Source: an uncultured Rhodoplanes sp.
GTDB lineage: Bacteria; Pseudomonadota; Alphaproteobacteria; Rhizobiales; Xanthobacteraceae
Length of the DNA stretch: 59,760 nucleotides
Assembly (NCBI GenBank): GCA_964354425.1
Contig: CAYGZV010000001.1
Coordinates: 1-59,760, forward strand
Direction: 5' to 3'
The position numbers were made by a program, and so were the translations under genes. Shown piece after piece: positions 20,712 through 30,650 of the stretch (position 1 is the stretch's first letter; each line of letters opens with the position of its first letter). The notes below the pieces were generated by a model. That model saw nothing but the letters and a program-made list of their open reading frames with translations, did no database searches and was not told where the DNA came from.

Positions 20712-23435
20712 TCAGCCGAGCGACATCAGCTCGTCGAGCGTGCCGACATGCTTGTGGGCGAGCGCGGCGCGGATCTTCCGGTCGAGATCGTGGTCGAGGA
20801 AAGGCTTGCGCAATATGTGCTCGTGCCGGATGCCGGCGAGCACGGTCGAATCGGCAAAGCCGGTGATGAACACGATCGGCAGCGCCGGCAGCCGCATGCG
20901 CGCCTCGCGCGCGAGTTCGAGGCCGCTCATTCCCGGCATGGCGAAGTCGATCAGCGCCACATCGATCTTGCGCTTGCCGGCCAGCACTTCGAGCGCCGCG
21001 CCGCCGCTCCCCGCCTCGATCGGGACATGGCCCAGCCCTTCGAGCATGGAAGCCGTGACATGGCGGACATGATCGTCGTCGTCGACCACGAGGACGACGG
21101 CGGACGCGGGCAATACGGCGGCCAAGGCCTCGGCGGACAGCGGCGCCTGATCCGCGGCCGCCGCGCTTGATCGCGGAAAATAGACGCGCACCGTGGTCCC
21201 TTTGCCGAGCTCCGTTTCGATCTGCACGCCGCCGCCCGACTGCTTGGCGAATCCGAGCACCTGGCTGAGCCCGAGCCCGGACCCCTTGCCGACCCGCTTG
21301 GTGGTGAAGAACGGCTCGAACGCCTTGGCGAGCACCTCGTCGGACATGCCCGATCCGGTGTCGCTCACCGAGATGACGACATAGTCGCCGGCCGGCGGCT
21401 CTTCCGCCCGCGTCGGCGTTTCCAGCGTGACGTTTCCGGTCGCGACGGTGAGCCGGCCGCCGACCGGCATCGCGTCGCGCGAATTGATGGCGAGGTTGAG
21501 CACAACGAGTTCAAGCTGGGTCGGATCGACCAATGCCGGCCAAGTGTCGGGGCCCAGCACCGTCTCGATCTCGAAGCTGCCGCCCATCGTGCTCTGCAGA
21601 AGCTCGCGCATGCGCCCGAGCGTCTCCTTGAGATCGATCGTCCGCGGTTCCAGGCGCTGGCGGCGCGAAAACGCGAGGAGCTGCGCGATCAGCTTGGCGC
21701 CGCGCTCGGCGGCGAGGCGCGTATGCGACAGGCGGCGCAAGAGCTTGGGATCGTCCGACTGCGCCCAGGCCTTCTCCAGATAGCTGACATTGCCGAGAAT
21801 GACCGTCAGCAGATTGTTGAAGTCGTGCGCGACGCCCGAGGTGAGCTGGCCGATCGCGTCGAGCCGCTGCATCTGCCGCAAGGTGGTTTCCACCTCCTCG
21901 CGTTCCTCGATCTGGGCGAGGAGCTGGCGGTTGGCCGCGGCGAGATCCTTGGTGCGTTCGGCGACCCGCAGCTCGAGCGTTTCGTTGAGGCGAAGCAGTT
22001 CCTCGCGGCTGCGGCGCAGCGCCGCCTCCCACCGCCGGGCGTCGGTCACGTCGACGCAGGAGCCGATGAAACCGATGAATGCGCCATCGGCGGCGTAGTG
22101 CGGCACGCCGGTATTGTCGACGTGACGCCACTCGCCGTCATGCCGGCGCAGGCGAAAGCCGAGCCGGAACGGCTCGTGCCGCTCGAAGGCCGAGCGGTAG
22201 GTGTTGCGGCAGCGCGCGCAATCCTCTGGATGGACGTTTTGGGTCCATCCGTCCCCCATCTCCTCCTCCATGCTGCGCCCGGTGAAGGCGAGCCAGGGAC
22301 GGTTGAACCAGGTGCACTTCGCGCCGGCGTCGGCGACCCAGATCATCACCGGGGCCGAATCGGCGAAATCGCGGAAACGCGCCTCGCTCAGGCGCAGCGT
22401 ATCGAGGCTCTCGGTATAGGCGCGCGCATTGGAGATGGCGGTGGCGAGATGGCCGGCGACGAGGTCGAAGAAGCCGCGATAGTCGTCGTCGAGCGCGCGC
22501 CGCGGATTGACGCCGAGCACGAGCGCGCCGGCCGAAGCGGGCGTTCCGAGCTTGGCCACGGGCAGCACCAGCGCGCGATTGGTCGGTTCGGGCCATGTGC
22601 CGCCCGGCAGCATGCCGAAGCGGCTCGCGAGATCGTACAGAAGGACCGGCTCGCCCGTGCGCAGAACGCGGCTGACGCTCCACGGATCGTCGCTGTGCAG
22701 CGCGATCTCGGAGGGGTACTTGTCGTAGGGAAGGCCGGTCGATCCGACCGCGCGAATGCAGCCGCTCTCCTCGTCGACGAGGTATAGGAGAGCAAAGGGA
22801 ATATCCGGGTTGTAGGCGCCGAGGACATGGATCGCGCTCTGGCACGCGCTCTCGACCCCGCGCATTTCCGCGGTCTGCGACGCCAGTTCGCGCAGGATGC
22901 GCAGCCGCCGTTCGCTCAGCACGCGCTCGGTCGTCTCGGTGACCGCGGTGAAGACCCCGCCGATCCGCCCGTCCGCATGTTTGATCGGGCTGTAGGAATA
23001 GGTGAAATATGCTTCTTCAAGATAATTGTTGCGGTCGACGGGAAGCAGCAGATCGTGCGACCAGGTCGCCTCCCCCCGCCAGATGCTCGCGAGCTGGGGG
23101 CCGATGATGGCCCAGATCTCCGGGTAGGTGTCGCGCCCGCGGCTGCCGAGGCTCGCCGGATGCTTGGTCATCCCGAGAATTGGCCGGTAGGCGTCATTGT
23201 AGACCATCACGAATTCCGGTCCCCACCACAAGAGCATCGGGAAACGGGAATTCAGGCAGATGCTGACCGCCATCTTCAGCGCGTCCGGCCACTGGTCCGG
23301 CGGGCCGAGCGGCGAACGGCTCCAATCATGCGCGCGCATCAGCGCGCCCATCTCGCCGCCACCGGCGAGAAACTCACAACTCGGTGCAGCGTGTCGGGCT
23401 TTCGCGGGTTTGGTGTCGGCGAACTGCTCTTTCAT
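20712..23435 (-). CDS. Hybrid sensor histidine kinase/response regulator (PAS-GAF-PAS-HisKA-HATPase-REC)
   Basis: MGALMRAHDWSRSPLG N-terminal PAS module; H-box AHDFNNLL; NLAINSRDAM, DTGSGM, FEPFFTTK, GSGLGL; REC LIDFAMPGMSG..KPF. Start uncertain. Confidence 0.92.
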   Translation of the reverse strand: MKEQFADTKPAKARHAAPSCEFLAGGGEMGALMRAHDWSRSPLGPPDQWPDALKMAVSICLNSRFPMLLWWGPEFVMVYNDAYRPILGMTKHPASLGSRGRDTYPEIWAIIGPQLASIWRGEATWSHDLLLPVDRNNYLEEAYFTYSYSPIKHADGRIGGVFTAVTETTERVLSERRLRILRELASQTAEMRGVESACQSAIHVLGAYNPDIPFALLYLVDEESGCIRAVGSTGLPYDKYPSEIALHSDDPWSVSRVLRTGEPVLLYDLASRFGMLPGGTWPEPTNRALVLPVAKLGTPASAGALVLGVNPRRALDDDYRGFFDLVAGHLATAISNARAYTESLDTLRLSEARFRDFADSAPVMIWVADAGAKCTWFNRPWLAFTGRSMEEEMGDGWTQNVHPEDCARCRNTYRSAFERHEPFRLGFRLRRHDGEWRHVDNTGVPHYAADGAFIGFIGSCVDVTDARRWEAALRRSREELLRLNETLELRVAERTKDLAAANRQLLAQIEEREEVETTLRQMQRLDAIGQLTSGVAHDFNNLLTVILGNVSYLEKAWAQSDDPKLLRRLSHTRLAAERGAKLIAQLLAFSRRQRLEPRTIDLKETLGRMRELLQSTMGGSFEIETVLGPDTWPALVDPTQLELVVLNLAINSRDAMPVGGRLTVATGNVTLETPTRAEEPPAGDYVVISVSDTGSGMSDEVLAKAFEPFFTTKRVGKGSGLGLSQVLGFAKQSGGGVQIETELGKGTTVRVYFPRSSAAAADQAPLSAEALAAVLPASAVVLVVDDDDHVRHVTASMLEGLGHVPIEAGSGGAALEVLAGKRKIDVALIDFAMPGMSGLELAREARMRLPALPIVFITGFADSTVLAGIRHEHILRKPFLDHDLDRKIRAALAHKHVGTLDELMSLG

Positions 23436-23837
23436 GATGTTCGAAATCTCGAACAGAGCATCAAAAAGCAGATTGCGGACGGGATCGCATCGGCAACGGC
23501 ACCTCTTGTTTGTCGTATGGCCCCCGCCCGACAGCCCGCCTGGCGGCGTCGCGCCCACCAACGGCTGCGGATCAAGCGGACCGATCCGGTCCGAGACGCG
23601 GACCCAAGCGCGATCGGTTCCGCGCCCCTAGTCATCGCTCCGCAAAGTGGCCGAATGTGAGGCCGTCGTCAAATTCGCGGCTTTTATAAAGCGTTAAGCA
23701 CTAGACCGCGACCCGCAAACGCCTTCTATTCGCGGCGCGCCGAACATCGAGGGGGCATCGCGGCTTGCGCCGGGCCGTGCTTCCTTTGTAGTGGTCGCCC
23801 GTTAACCAAGCCGAAGCCTGCCGGAAAGGGAGCCCTC

Positions 23838-24350
23838 ATGATGGATGCCGCCGCCTTGCGCGCCCTGCAAGCGCCGATCAAAGAGCGTTATAAGGCTGAC
23901 CCGGACACCGCCCGCATCACGCTGCGCGCACAGGGGACGCTCGACGACAGCGCCATCGCCTGCAAGGTGGAGACGGGGCGCGCGCTCGCGGTCGCCGGCC
24001 TGCATCCGGCGAGCGGCGGGTCCGGGCTCGAACTCTGCTCGGGCGACATGCTGCTCGAAGCGCTCGTCGCCTGCGCCGGCGTGACGCTCAAAGCGGTCGC
24101 GACCGCGCTCGAGATTCCGTTGCGGTCGGGCGCGGTCCATGCCGAGGGCGATCTCGATTTTCGCGGCACGCTCGGCGTCGCCAAGGAGGCGCCGGTCGGT
24201 TTCGCACAGATCAGGCTGACCTTCGCGGTCGACACCGACGCGCCGCAGGAGCGGCTCGACCAGCTCCTCAAGCTGACCGAGCGCTACTGCGTCGTCTACC
24301 AGACCATCCGGAACGGACCGCCCGTCGAAGTCCGCATGACCCGCGGATAA
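23838..24350 (+). CDS. OsmC-family protein
   Basis: LEALVACAG and TERYCVV cysteine pair; EGDLDFRGTLG; GGGAG RBS. Confidence 0.9.
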   Translation: MMDAAALRALQAPIKERYKADPDTARITLRAQGTLDDSAIACKVETGRALAVAGLHPASGGSGLELCSGDMLLEALVACAGVTLKAVATALEIPLRSGAVHAEGDLDFRGTLGVAKEAPVGFAQIRLTFAVDTDAPQERLDQLLKLTERYCVVYQTIRNGPPVEVRMTRG

Positions 24351-24359
24351 AGCGGCGGC

Positions 24360-26015
24360 TCACGTCTCTTTCGCCATGCGCCGCAGCGCAAAGCGTTGCA
24401 GCTTGCCGGTCAAGGTCTTCGGCAGCTCGTCGACATAGACGATCCGGCGCGGATATTTGTAGGGCGCGATCGTCGCCTTGACGTGCTCCTGCAGGTCCTT
24501 GGTCATCGCCGCGCGGTCTTGGCCGGAATGCAGCACGACATAGGCGGTGACGATCTCGCCGCGTTCCGCATCGGGCGCCCCGACCACGCCGCATTCGGCG
24601 ACCGCCGGATGGCTGATTAGCGCCGCCTCGACTTCCGGTCCGGCGATGTTGTAGCCGGCGGAAATGATCATGTCGTCGGAGCGCGCCTGGTACCAGAAGT
24701 AGCCGTCGGCATCCATGCGAAAGGCGTCGCCCGTCACGTTCCATCCGCGCTGCACATAGGCCTCCTGCCGCGCATCGGCCAAGTAGCGGCACCCGGTCGG
24801 CCCGCGCACGGCGAGCCGGCCGACGGTCCCGGGCGGGACCTCCCGGCCGTCCCCGTCGATGATGCGGGCTTCGTAACCCGGAACCGGGCGGCCGGTCGCA
24901 CCCGGCCGGATGTCATCCTCGGGCGAGCCGACGAATATGTGCAGCATCTCGGTCGCGCCGATGCCGTCCATGATGCGGATGCCGGTCGCGGCGCGCCACG
25001 CCTCGAACGTCGCCTTGGGGAGCGCCTCGCCCGCCGAGACGCATTTGCGCAGCGACGAGACGTCATGCGCGGCGAGCAGCGGGAGCATGGCGCGATACGC
25101 CGTCGGCGCGGTGAAACAGACCGTGGCTTTGTGTTCCGCAATCCCTGCGACCAGGTCGGGCGGCGCGGTCTTTTCGATGAGGATGGAGCACGCGCCGACC
25201 CGCAGCGGGAATAGCGCGATCCCGCCGAGCCCGAAGGTGAAGGCGAGCGGCGCCGTCCCGATGAAGCGATCCTCGCCGGACGCGCGCAGCACATGCCGCC
25301 CGTAGGAGTCGCAGGTCGCGAGCATGTCGCGGTGGAAATGCATCGTGCCCTTGGGCTCGCCGGTCGTGCCGGAGGTGAAGGCGATGAGGCAGACATCGTC
25401 GCTCGCCGTGTTGCAGGGGGCGAAACCCGCGTAGCCCGGCCGGTCCATCAGCCGATCGAGCGAGTGCTCCCCGCCTTCGCCCCAATACACGACGCGTTCG
25501 AGCACGGGCGCGCCCGCTCTGGCCTTCTCCATCTCCTCGGCGAGGCGCTTGTCGCATAAAGCGAACCTGATCTGCGCCTTGGCGAGGGGAAAGGCGATTT
25601 CCTTCGCGCGCAGGAGCGGCATCGTCGCCACCACGACGCCGCCGGCCTTCATCACGGCGAAATAGGCGGCGACCATCATCGGACTGTTGAAACCGCGCAG
25701 CAGCACGCGATTTCCCGGCACGAGCCCGAGATCGCGCGTGAGCACATTGGCGATGCGGTTCACCCGCTCGGCGAATTCGCCATAGCTGAGCGCTTCGCCG
25801 GCGGCGCGGACGCATGCGCGCGCGCCCTCACCGCGCGCGACCCACGAATCTACCAGCTCGACCGCGCAGTTGAGCCGCCCCGGATATTGCAGCTCGGGCA
25901 GGCTGAAGATGAAGTCCGGCCATTGCGCGCGGGGAGGCAGATTGTCGCGCGCGAAGGTGTCCACATGGGCGGAGGGATGCAGCGGCGGGTGCGCGTCGTC
26001 GTCGGTCGCGTGCAC
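24360..26015 (-). CDS. 2-aminobenzoate/benzoate-CoA ligase family (AbmG-like)
   Basis: [15 protein letters not shown]-terminus, [34 protein letters not shown]; GTG start with GGAG RBS. Confidence 0.88.
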   Translation of the reverse strand: MHATDDDAHPPLHPSAHVDTFARDNLPPRAQWPDFIFSLPELQYPGRLNCAVELVDSWVARGEGARACVRAAGEALSYGEFAERVNRIANVLTRDLGLVPGNRVLLRGFNSPMMVAAYFAVMKAGGVVVATMPLLRAKEIAFPLAKAQIRFALCDKRLAEEMEKARAGAPVLERVVYWGEGGEHSLDRLMDRPGYAGFAPCNTASDDVCLIAFTSGTTGEPKGTMHFHRDMLATCDSYGRHVLRASGEDRFIGTAPLAFTFGLGGIALFPLRVGACSILIEKTAPPDLVAGIAEHKATVCFTAPTAYRAMLPLLAAHDVSSLRKCVSAGEALPKATFEAWRAATGIRIMDGIGATEMLHIFVGSPEDDIRPGATGRPVPGYEARIIDGDGREVPPGTVGRLAVRGPTGCRYLADARQEAYVQRGWNVTGDAFRMDADGYFWYQARSDDMIISAGYNIAGPEVEAALISHPAVAECGVVGAPDAERGEIVTAYVVLHSGQDRAAMTKDLQEHVKATIAPYKYPRRIVYVDELPKTLTGKLQRFALRRMAKET

Positions 26016-26143
26016 GGACGGAACTCCCAGGCGTTTCCCTTGCGCCGATCTCGGCTGTTCGTTTTCGCGTACTATATCTCAAGCGCGACCGGCTGGAACG
26101 ACCGGCGAAGGTCGTCCGGGGAAGGTCGTCGAGGGAGAAACGC

Positions 26144-28489
26144 ATGAAGGTCCATGTGATCGGCGGCGGGCCCGCCGGGCTCTATTTCGCGATCCTGATG
26201 AACAAGAGCCGCCCGGACGCCGACATCACCGTGTTCGAGCGCAACCGGCCGGACGACACGTTCGGCTTCGGCGTGGTGTTCTCCGACGAGACGCTGGCCA
26301 CCTTCGAGGCCTATGACCGCGAGAGCTATCGGGCGATCGTCGATCATTTCGCCTATTGGGACGACATCGAAATCCACTTCAAGGGAACGGTGCGGCGGAT
26401 CGGCGGCAACGGCTTCTGCGGCTGCTCGCGCGTCAACCTGCTGCGCCTGTTGCAGGACCGCGCCCGCGCGCTCGGCGTCGCGCTCGAGTTCGAGGCCGTG
26501 ATCGACCCTGGCCTGGCGGCGCACGCCGACGCCGACCTGATCGTCGCCGCCGACGGCATCAACAGCGCCATCCGCGAGGCGCGGCGCGACCATTTCGGAA
26601 CGAAGATCAATCTGCGCCCGAACAAGTTCGCCTGGATGGGCTCGACCCGGGCGTTCGACGCCTTCACCTTCTTCTTCCGCGAGACCGAGCACGGCATTTT
26701 CATCGCCCACTGCTACCAGTACGAGCCGGGGCGCTCGACCTGGGTGATGGAGGCGCAGCCCGAGACCTTCGCGCGCGCCGGTCTCGACCGGCTCGACGAG
26801 GCGCAGTCGGCGGCCTTCCTCGAAGACGTGTTCCGCGAGGAGCTGCGCGGCCATCGCCTGCTCATCAACCGGTCGATGTGGCGCAATTTCCCGCGCGTCT
26901 CCAATGCGCGCTGGGTCAAGGACAACATCGTCCTGCTCGGCGACGCCAAGGCGACGGCGCATTTCTCGATCGGGTCGGGAACGAAGCTCGCGATGGAGGA
27001 TGCGATCGCGCTCTTTGACGCGTTCCGCGCGACCGGCGGGCGCGATGTCGGGGGTGCGTTACAGCGCTACGAAACGGTGCGCCGCGAGGAGGTCGAGAAG
27101 ACCCAGCACGCGGCCGACGTGTCGCTCGTGTGGTTCGAGCATGTCGACCGGTTCTGGTCGATGGACCCACAGCGCTTCGTGTTCGGCCTGATGACGCGCG
27201 CGAAGGCGATCACCTATGACAATCTGCGCCTGCGCGCGCCCGCCTTCGTCGACGAGATCGACCGGGCGGTGGCGCTGGACGTGCGCGCGCAGGGCTTCGC
27301 GGTGGACACGGTGCGGCCCGCCGCGCCGATGTTCCAGCCGTTCCGGCTGCGCGGCATGACGCTCGCGAACCGCGTCGTCGTCTCGCCCATGTGCCAGTAC
27401 TCGGCGACCGACGGCGTGCCGGGCGACTGGCACCTCGTGCATTACGGCGCGCGCGCAATCGGCGGGGCGGGCCTGATGTTCACCGAGATGACCAATGTCT
27501 CTGCGGAAGCGCGCATCACCTATGGCTGCACCGGCATGTACAGCGACGCGCAGGAGGCGGCGTGGAGGCGCATCGTCGATTTCGTGCACGCGAACTCGGG
27601 AGCGAAAATCTGCCTGCAGCTCGGCCATGCCGGGCGCAAGGGCGCGACCAAGCTGATGTGGGAGGGAATCGACGAGCCGCTGGAAGAAGGCGCGTGGCCG
27701 ATCGTCTCCGCATCTCCCCTGCCCTATTTCCCGCACAGCCAGACGCCGCGCGAGATGACGCGCGCGGACATGGACAAGGTCGTGGCGGATTATGTCGCCG
27801 CGGCAAAGCGGGGAATCCGCGCGGGCTTCGACATGCTGGAGCTGCATGCCGCGCACGGCTATCTGCTCGCGAGCTTCATCTCGCCGCTGACGAATATCCG
27901 CCGCGACGAATATGGCGGCGCGCTCGAAAACCGCATGCGCTTCCCGCTCGAAGTCTTTCGCGCGGTGCGCGCAGCGTGGCCGGACGAGAAGCCGATGTCG
28001 GTGCGCATCTCGGCGACCGACTGGGAGGATGGCGGACTTTCCGGCGACGACGCCGTCGCGGTCGCGCGCCTGTTCGGCGAGGCCGGATGCGATCTCATCG
28101 ACGTGTCGACCGGCCAGACCACGCCGGCTGCGGCGCCGCTCTACGGCCGCATGTTCCAGACCCCGTTCTCCGACCAGATCCGCAACGAGGCGGGGCTCGC
28201 CACGATGTGCGTCGGCGCGATCACGACCGCCGATCAGGTCAACACCATCGTCGCGGCCGGGCGCGCCGACCTCGTCGCGCTTGCGCGTCCGCATCTGATA
28301 GACCCGTCCTTCGCCATGAAGGCCGCGGCCTGGTACGGCGCGCCCGCGATCCACTGCCCGCCGCAATATTACGCCGGGCGCGACCAGCTCTTCCGCAACA
28401 GCGAGCGCGACCGCGCCGAGCTCACCGAACTGCGCCTGAGGGCGAAGCCGAAGGCGCATGTCAACACCTTCGACCGGGCGGCGGAGTGA
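26144..28489 (+). CDS. Bifunctional salicylyl-CoA 5-hydroxylase / anthraniloyl-CoA monooxygenase-reductase (AbmA-like)
   Basis: FAD monooxygenase half ([31 protein letters not shown]) fused to an OYE-type half (SPMCQYS, HAAHGYL, RDEYGG). Confidence 0.92.
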   Translation: MKVHVIGGGPAGLYFAILMNKSRPDADITVFERNRPDDTFGFGVVFSDETLATFEAYDRESYRAIVDHFAYWDDIEIHFKGTVRRIGGNGFCGCSRVNLLRLLQDRARALGVALEFEAVIDPGLAAHADADLIVAADGINSAIREARRDHFGTKINLRPNKFAWMGSTRAFDAFTFFFRETEHGIFIAHCYQYEPGRSTWVMEAQPETFARAGLDRLDEAQSAAFLEDVFREELRGHRLLINRSMWRNFPRVSNARWVKDNIVLLGDAKATAHFSIGSGTKLAMEDAIALFDAFRATGGRDVGGALQRYETVRREEVEKTQHAADVSLVWFEHVDRFWSMDPQRFVFGLMTRAKAITYDNLRLRAPAFVDEIDRAVALDVRAQGFAVDTVRPAAPMFQPFRLRGMTLANRVVVSPMCQYSATDGVPGDWHLVHYGARAIGGAGLMFTEMTNVSAEARITYGCTGMYSDAQEAAWRRIVDFVHANSGAKICLQLGHAGRKGATKLMWEGIDEPLEEGAWPIVSASPLPYFPHSQTPREMTRADMDKVVADYVAAAKRGIRAGFDMLELHAAHGYLLASFISPLTNIRRDEYGGALENRMRFPLEVFRAVRAAWPDEKPMSVRISATDWEDGGLSGDDAVAVARLFGEAGCDLIDVSTGQTTPAAAPLYGRMFQTPFSDQIRNEAGLATMCVGAITTADQVNTIVAAGRADLVALARPHLIDPSFAMKAAAWYGAPAIHCPPQYYAGRDQLFRNSERDRAELTELRLRAKPKAHVNTFDRAAE

Positions 28490-28500
28490 GGTCTATTCCC

Positions 28501-28603
28501 GTCATTCCGGGGCTCGGGCGAAGCCCGAGAACCCGGAATCCAAATCCCGGAGACAAGGGTTATGCATTCGGACAGCCGAGCTTCGCTGGGCTTCCGGAAT
28601 GAC
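28501..28603. repeat. GTCATTCCGG..CCGGAATGAC palindromic element overlapping a CDS end
   Basis: 10-bp terminal inverted repeats with internal hairpins such as CTCGGGCGAAGCCCGAG. Confidence 0.75.
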
Positions 28604-29920
28604 CGGAAAATACGCCGCGATCGCCGCCGCGCCGCTGGCAAGGGCGGCGAGGACGGCCCAATAGGCGTAGCGAAAATCGGACGCGACGCCGACCAGCGCA
28701 TAGGTCAGCACATAGACGACCGCAGAGCCCGCCACCGCGAGCGCGAACGCGCCCGCCGGCGTGTCGCGGCGTCGCCACGCTGCGGCGCAGACGACCCCGC
28801 ACAGGATGAGCCAGAACGCGACGCGGAACAGCGGGCTCGGCTTGATCACGTCATGCACGGCCTTGAGCGCGACGAAGCCGCGCTTGTCCGGCAAAGCGAG
28901 CCTGCTCAGATCGCCGACATCCTGCGTCCAGATCGTGTAATTGCTGCACAACAGAAACGTGCCGAGGAACGCGGCGCGATGCTGCAGATAAGCGGCGGGA
29001 TACGCTGCGAGCGCGCGCCGCCACGCCGCGCCCAGCACGGGCGTGCCGAAGATTTTCTGCTCGTTCTCGATCCGGCCCATGACGAAACTGCACGGCCGCC
29101 CGTGCCAATAGGCGTCCCACAAATAGGGATCGTAGCAATCGGTGACGAGCCGCCGCTGCTCGGCCGGCGACCAGGTCGTGGGAAACTGGTTCTCCTTGGA
29201 AAAATGGGTGATGCCGCCGAGATCGAACACGTAGAGCGAATGCAGCGGATGCTGGCGCACCGCGCCGAGCACGTCGTAATAGACGACCTGCATCAGCCCG
29301 AAGAGAGCAAGCGCAGTCGGCACATAGGCGAGCGCCGCGCGTTTCCATGCAAACCGGCTCGGCCACAGGACATAGGCGGTCAGGATCGGCGCGGCGACGA
29401 GCGCGTTCGGCCGCAGGAAGACGCCGAGCGCGACCAATGCGAGTGCGACCGCCTGCGCCGGAAGACGCAACCCCGCGCGCGCCTCCGCGACCGTGAAAGC
29501 CAGCGCCGCGGCGCAGAGCCACACGCAGGCAAACAGCATGTCCCGCCAGATGATGCCGATGAACATGAAGGCGGGCGGCATGAAGCCAAGCAGAACCGCG
29601 ATTACGCCGAGCCAGGGCGCGCGCCGCGCCAGCGTGATCCCGACCAGGGCAAAGCCCAGCCAGTAGAGCGAAGCGGTGAAAAGAAACATGCTGCCCGCGC
29701 CCGGCGCGATCGGATCGATCAGCGCCCACAGCGCCGTCATCACCGGCGACTGCCAGTCGCCGACCCGGCCCTCGGCGATCGCCTGGTAGACGTAGAGCGA
29801 GTCGTAGGTCATCACGCCGGGGTAGAAGACGAACAGCGTCAGCGCGAACCCGCCGCCGGCGAGCGCCGCGACGAGCGCGCTCGGCCAGAGCGCGGCAGAC
29901 CGGTCATCAGCGCGCCGCAT
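28502..29920 (-). CDS. Polytopic membrane protein, possible GT-C-like glycosyltransferase
   Basis: Many TM helices; FYPGVMTYDS..DWQSP first loop, IWRDM, LRPNA, DFRY; overlaps the end of the FkbM gene. Confidence 0.7.
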   Translation of the reverse strand: MRRADDRSAALWPSALVAALAGGGFALTLFVFYPGVMTYDSLYVYQAIAEGRVGDWQSPVMTALWALIDPIAPGAGSMFLFTASLYWLGFALVGITLARRAPWLGVIAVLLGFMPPAFMFIGIIWRDMLFACVWLCAAALAFTVAEARAGLRLPAQAVALALVALGVFLRPNALVAAPILTAYVLWPSRFAWKRAALAYVPTALALFGLMQVVYYDVLGAVRQHPLHSLYVFDLGGITHFSKENQFPTTWSPAEQRRLVTDCYDPYLWDAYWHGRPCSFVMGRIENEQKIFGTPVLGAAWRRALAAYPAAYLQHRAAFLGTFLLCSNYTIWTQDVGDLSRLALPDKRGFVALKAVHDVIKPSPLFRVAFWLILCGVVCAAAWRRRDTPAGAFALAVAGSAVVYVLTYALVGVASDFRYAYWAVLAALASGAAAIAAYFPVIPEAQRSSAVRMHNPCLRDLDSGFSGFARAPE

Positions 29921-30650
29921 AGACGTCGCCCGAGTTCGCCGCATGCGGCAGGCCGGCGAGCCAGCGGCGCATCTCCTCGGCCGAACGCCAGCCGTCATGC
30001 ACGAAGGAATGCGTCTCGCCGAGCGACGCATTGAAACGCGAAAATCCGAGCGCGCCGCAGCGGTCGAGCGCCGCAAGCGCGACGTCCCGCTGGATGGTGG
30101 TGAACTCGAAGGACAGCGCCGGAATGGCTTGGGTGAGGCCGGCCAGCGCCTCGGCCTCGAACCCCTCCACGTCGATCTTGGCGAAGGCGGGAACGCCGTG
30201 CCGGGCGATCAACGCGTCGAGCGTCGTCATCGGCACGCGCACGCGCTCGTCCCAGCGCTGGCCTTCCCAGCCCTTCGCTCCGGCGGCGGCGGCGACGAAC
30301 TCCGGCGAGGCCGTCGAAATGGTCGGGTTGTCGCGGTTGACCATCAGCTCGGCAAAGCCCTCCCCGCGGCCGACCACGGCGGGCTCGATCGCCACCCCTT
30401 CGTCGCGGCCGTAGATGAGGCGCAGCACCGCGACCAGCGCCGGCTGCGGCTCGACCGCGACCACCCGCGCGCCGATCCGGCGAAACACGCCGATGCGGTC
30501 GCCCACATGCGCGCCAATGTCGAACACGAGGTCGCCCTCCTGCACGAAACGGCGATACAGGCGCTCTAGGCCGGCGCGATGGCGACGGTCGCCATAGTAG
30601 ACGCGGAGCGAATTGAGGACGCCCCTTACGGACCGCAGGCCTTTGAGCAT
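29907..30650 (-). CDS. FkbM-family SAM methyltransferase
   Basis: VFDIGAHVG, VAVEPQP, TTLDAL, KIDVEGFE; overlaps the mdoH end. Confidence 0.9.
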   Translation of the reverse strand: MLKGLRSVRGVLNSLRVYYGDRRHRAGLERLYRRFVQEGDLVFDIGAHVGDRIGVFRRIGARVVAVEPQPALVAVLRLIYGRDEGVAIEPAVVGRGEGFAELMVNRDNPTISTASPEFVAAAAGAKGWEGQRWDERVRVPMTTLDALIARHGVPAFAKIDVEGFEAEALAGLTQAIPALSFEFTTIQRDVALAALDRCGALGFSRFNASLGETHSFVHDGWRSAEEMRRWLAGLPHAANSGDVYAAR

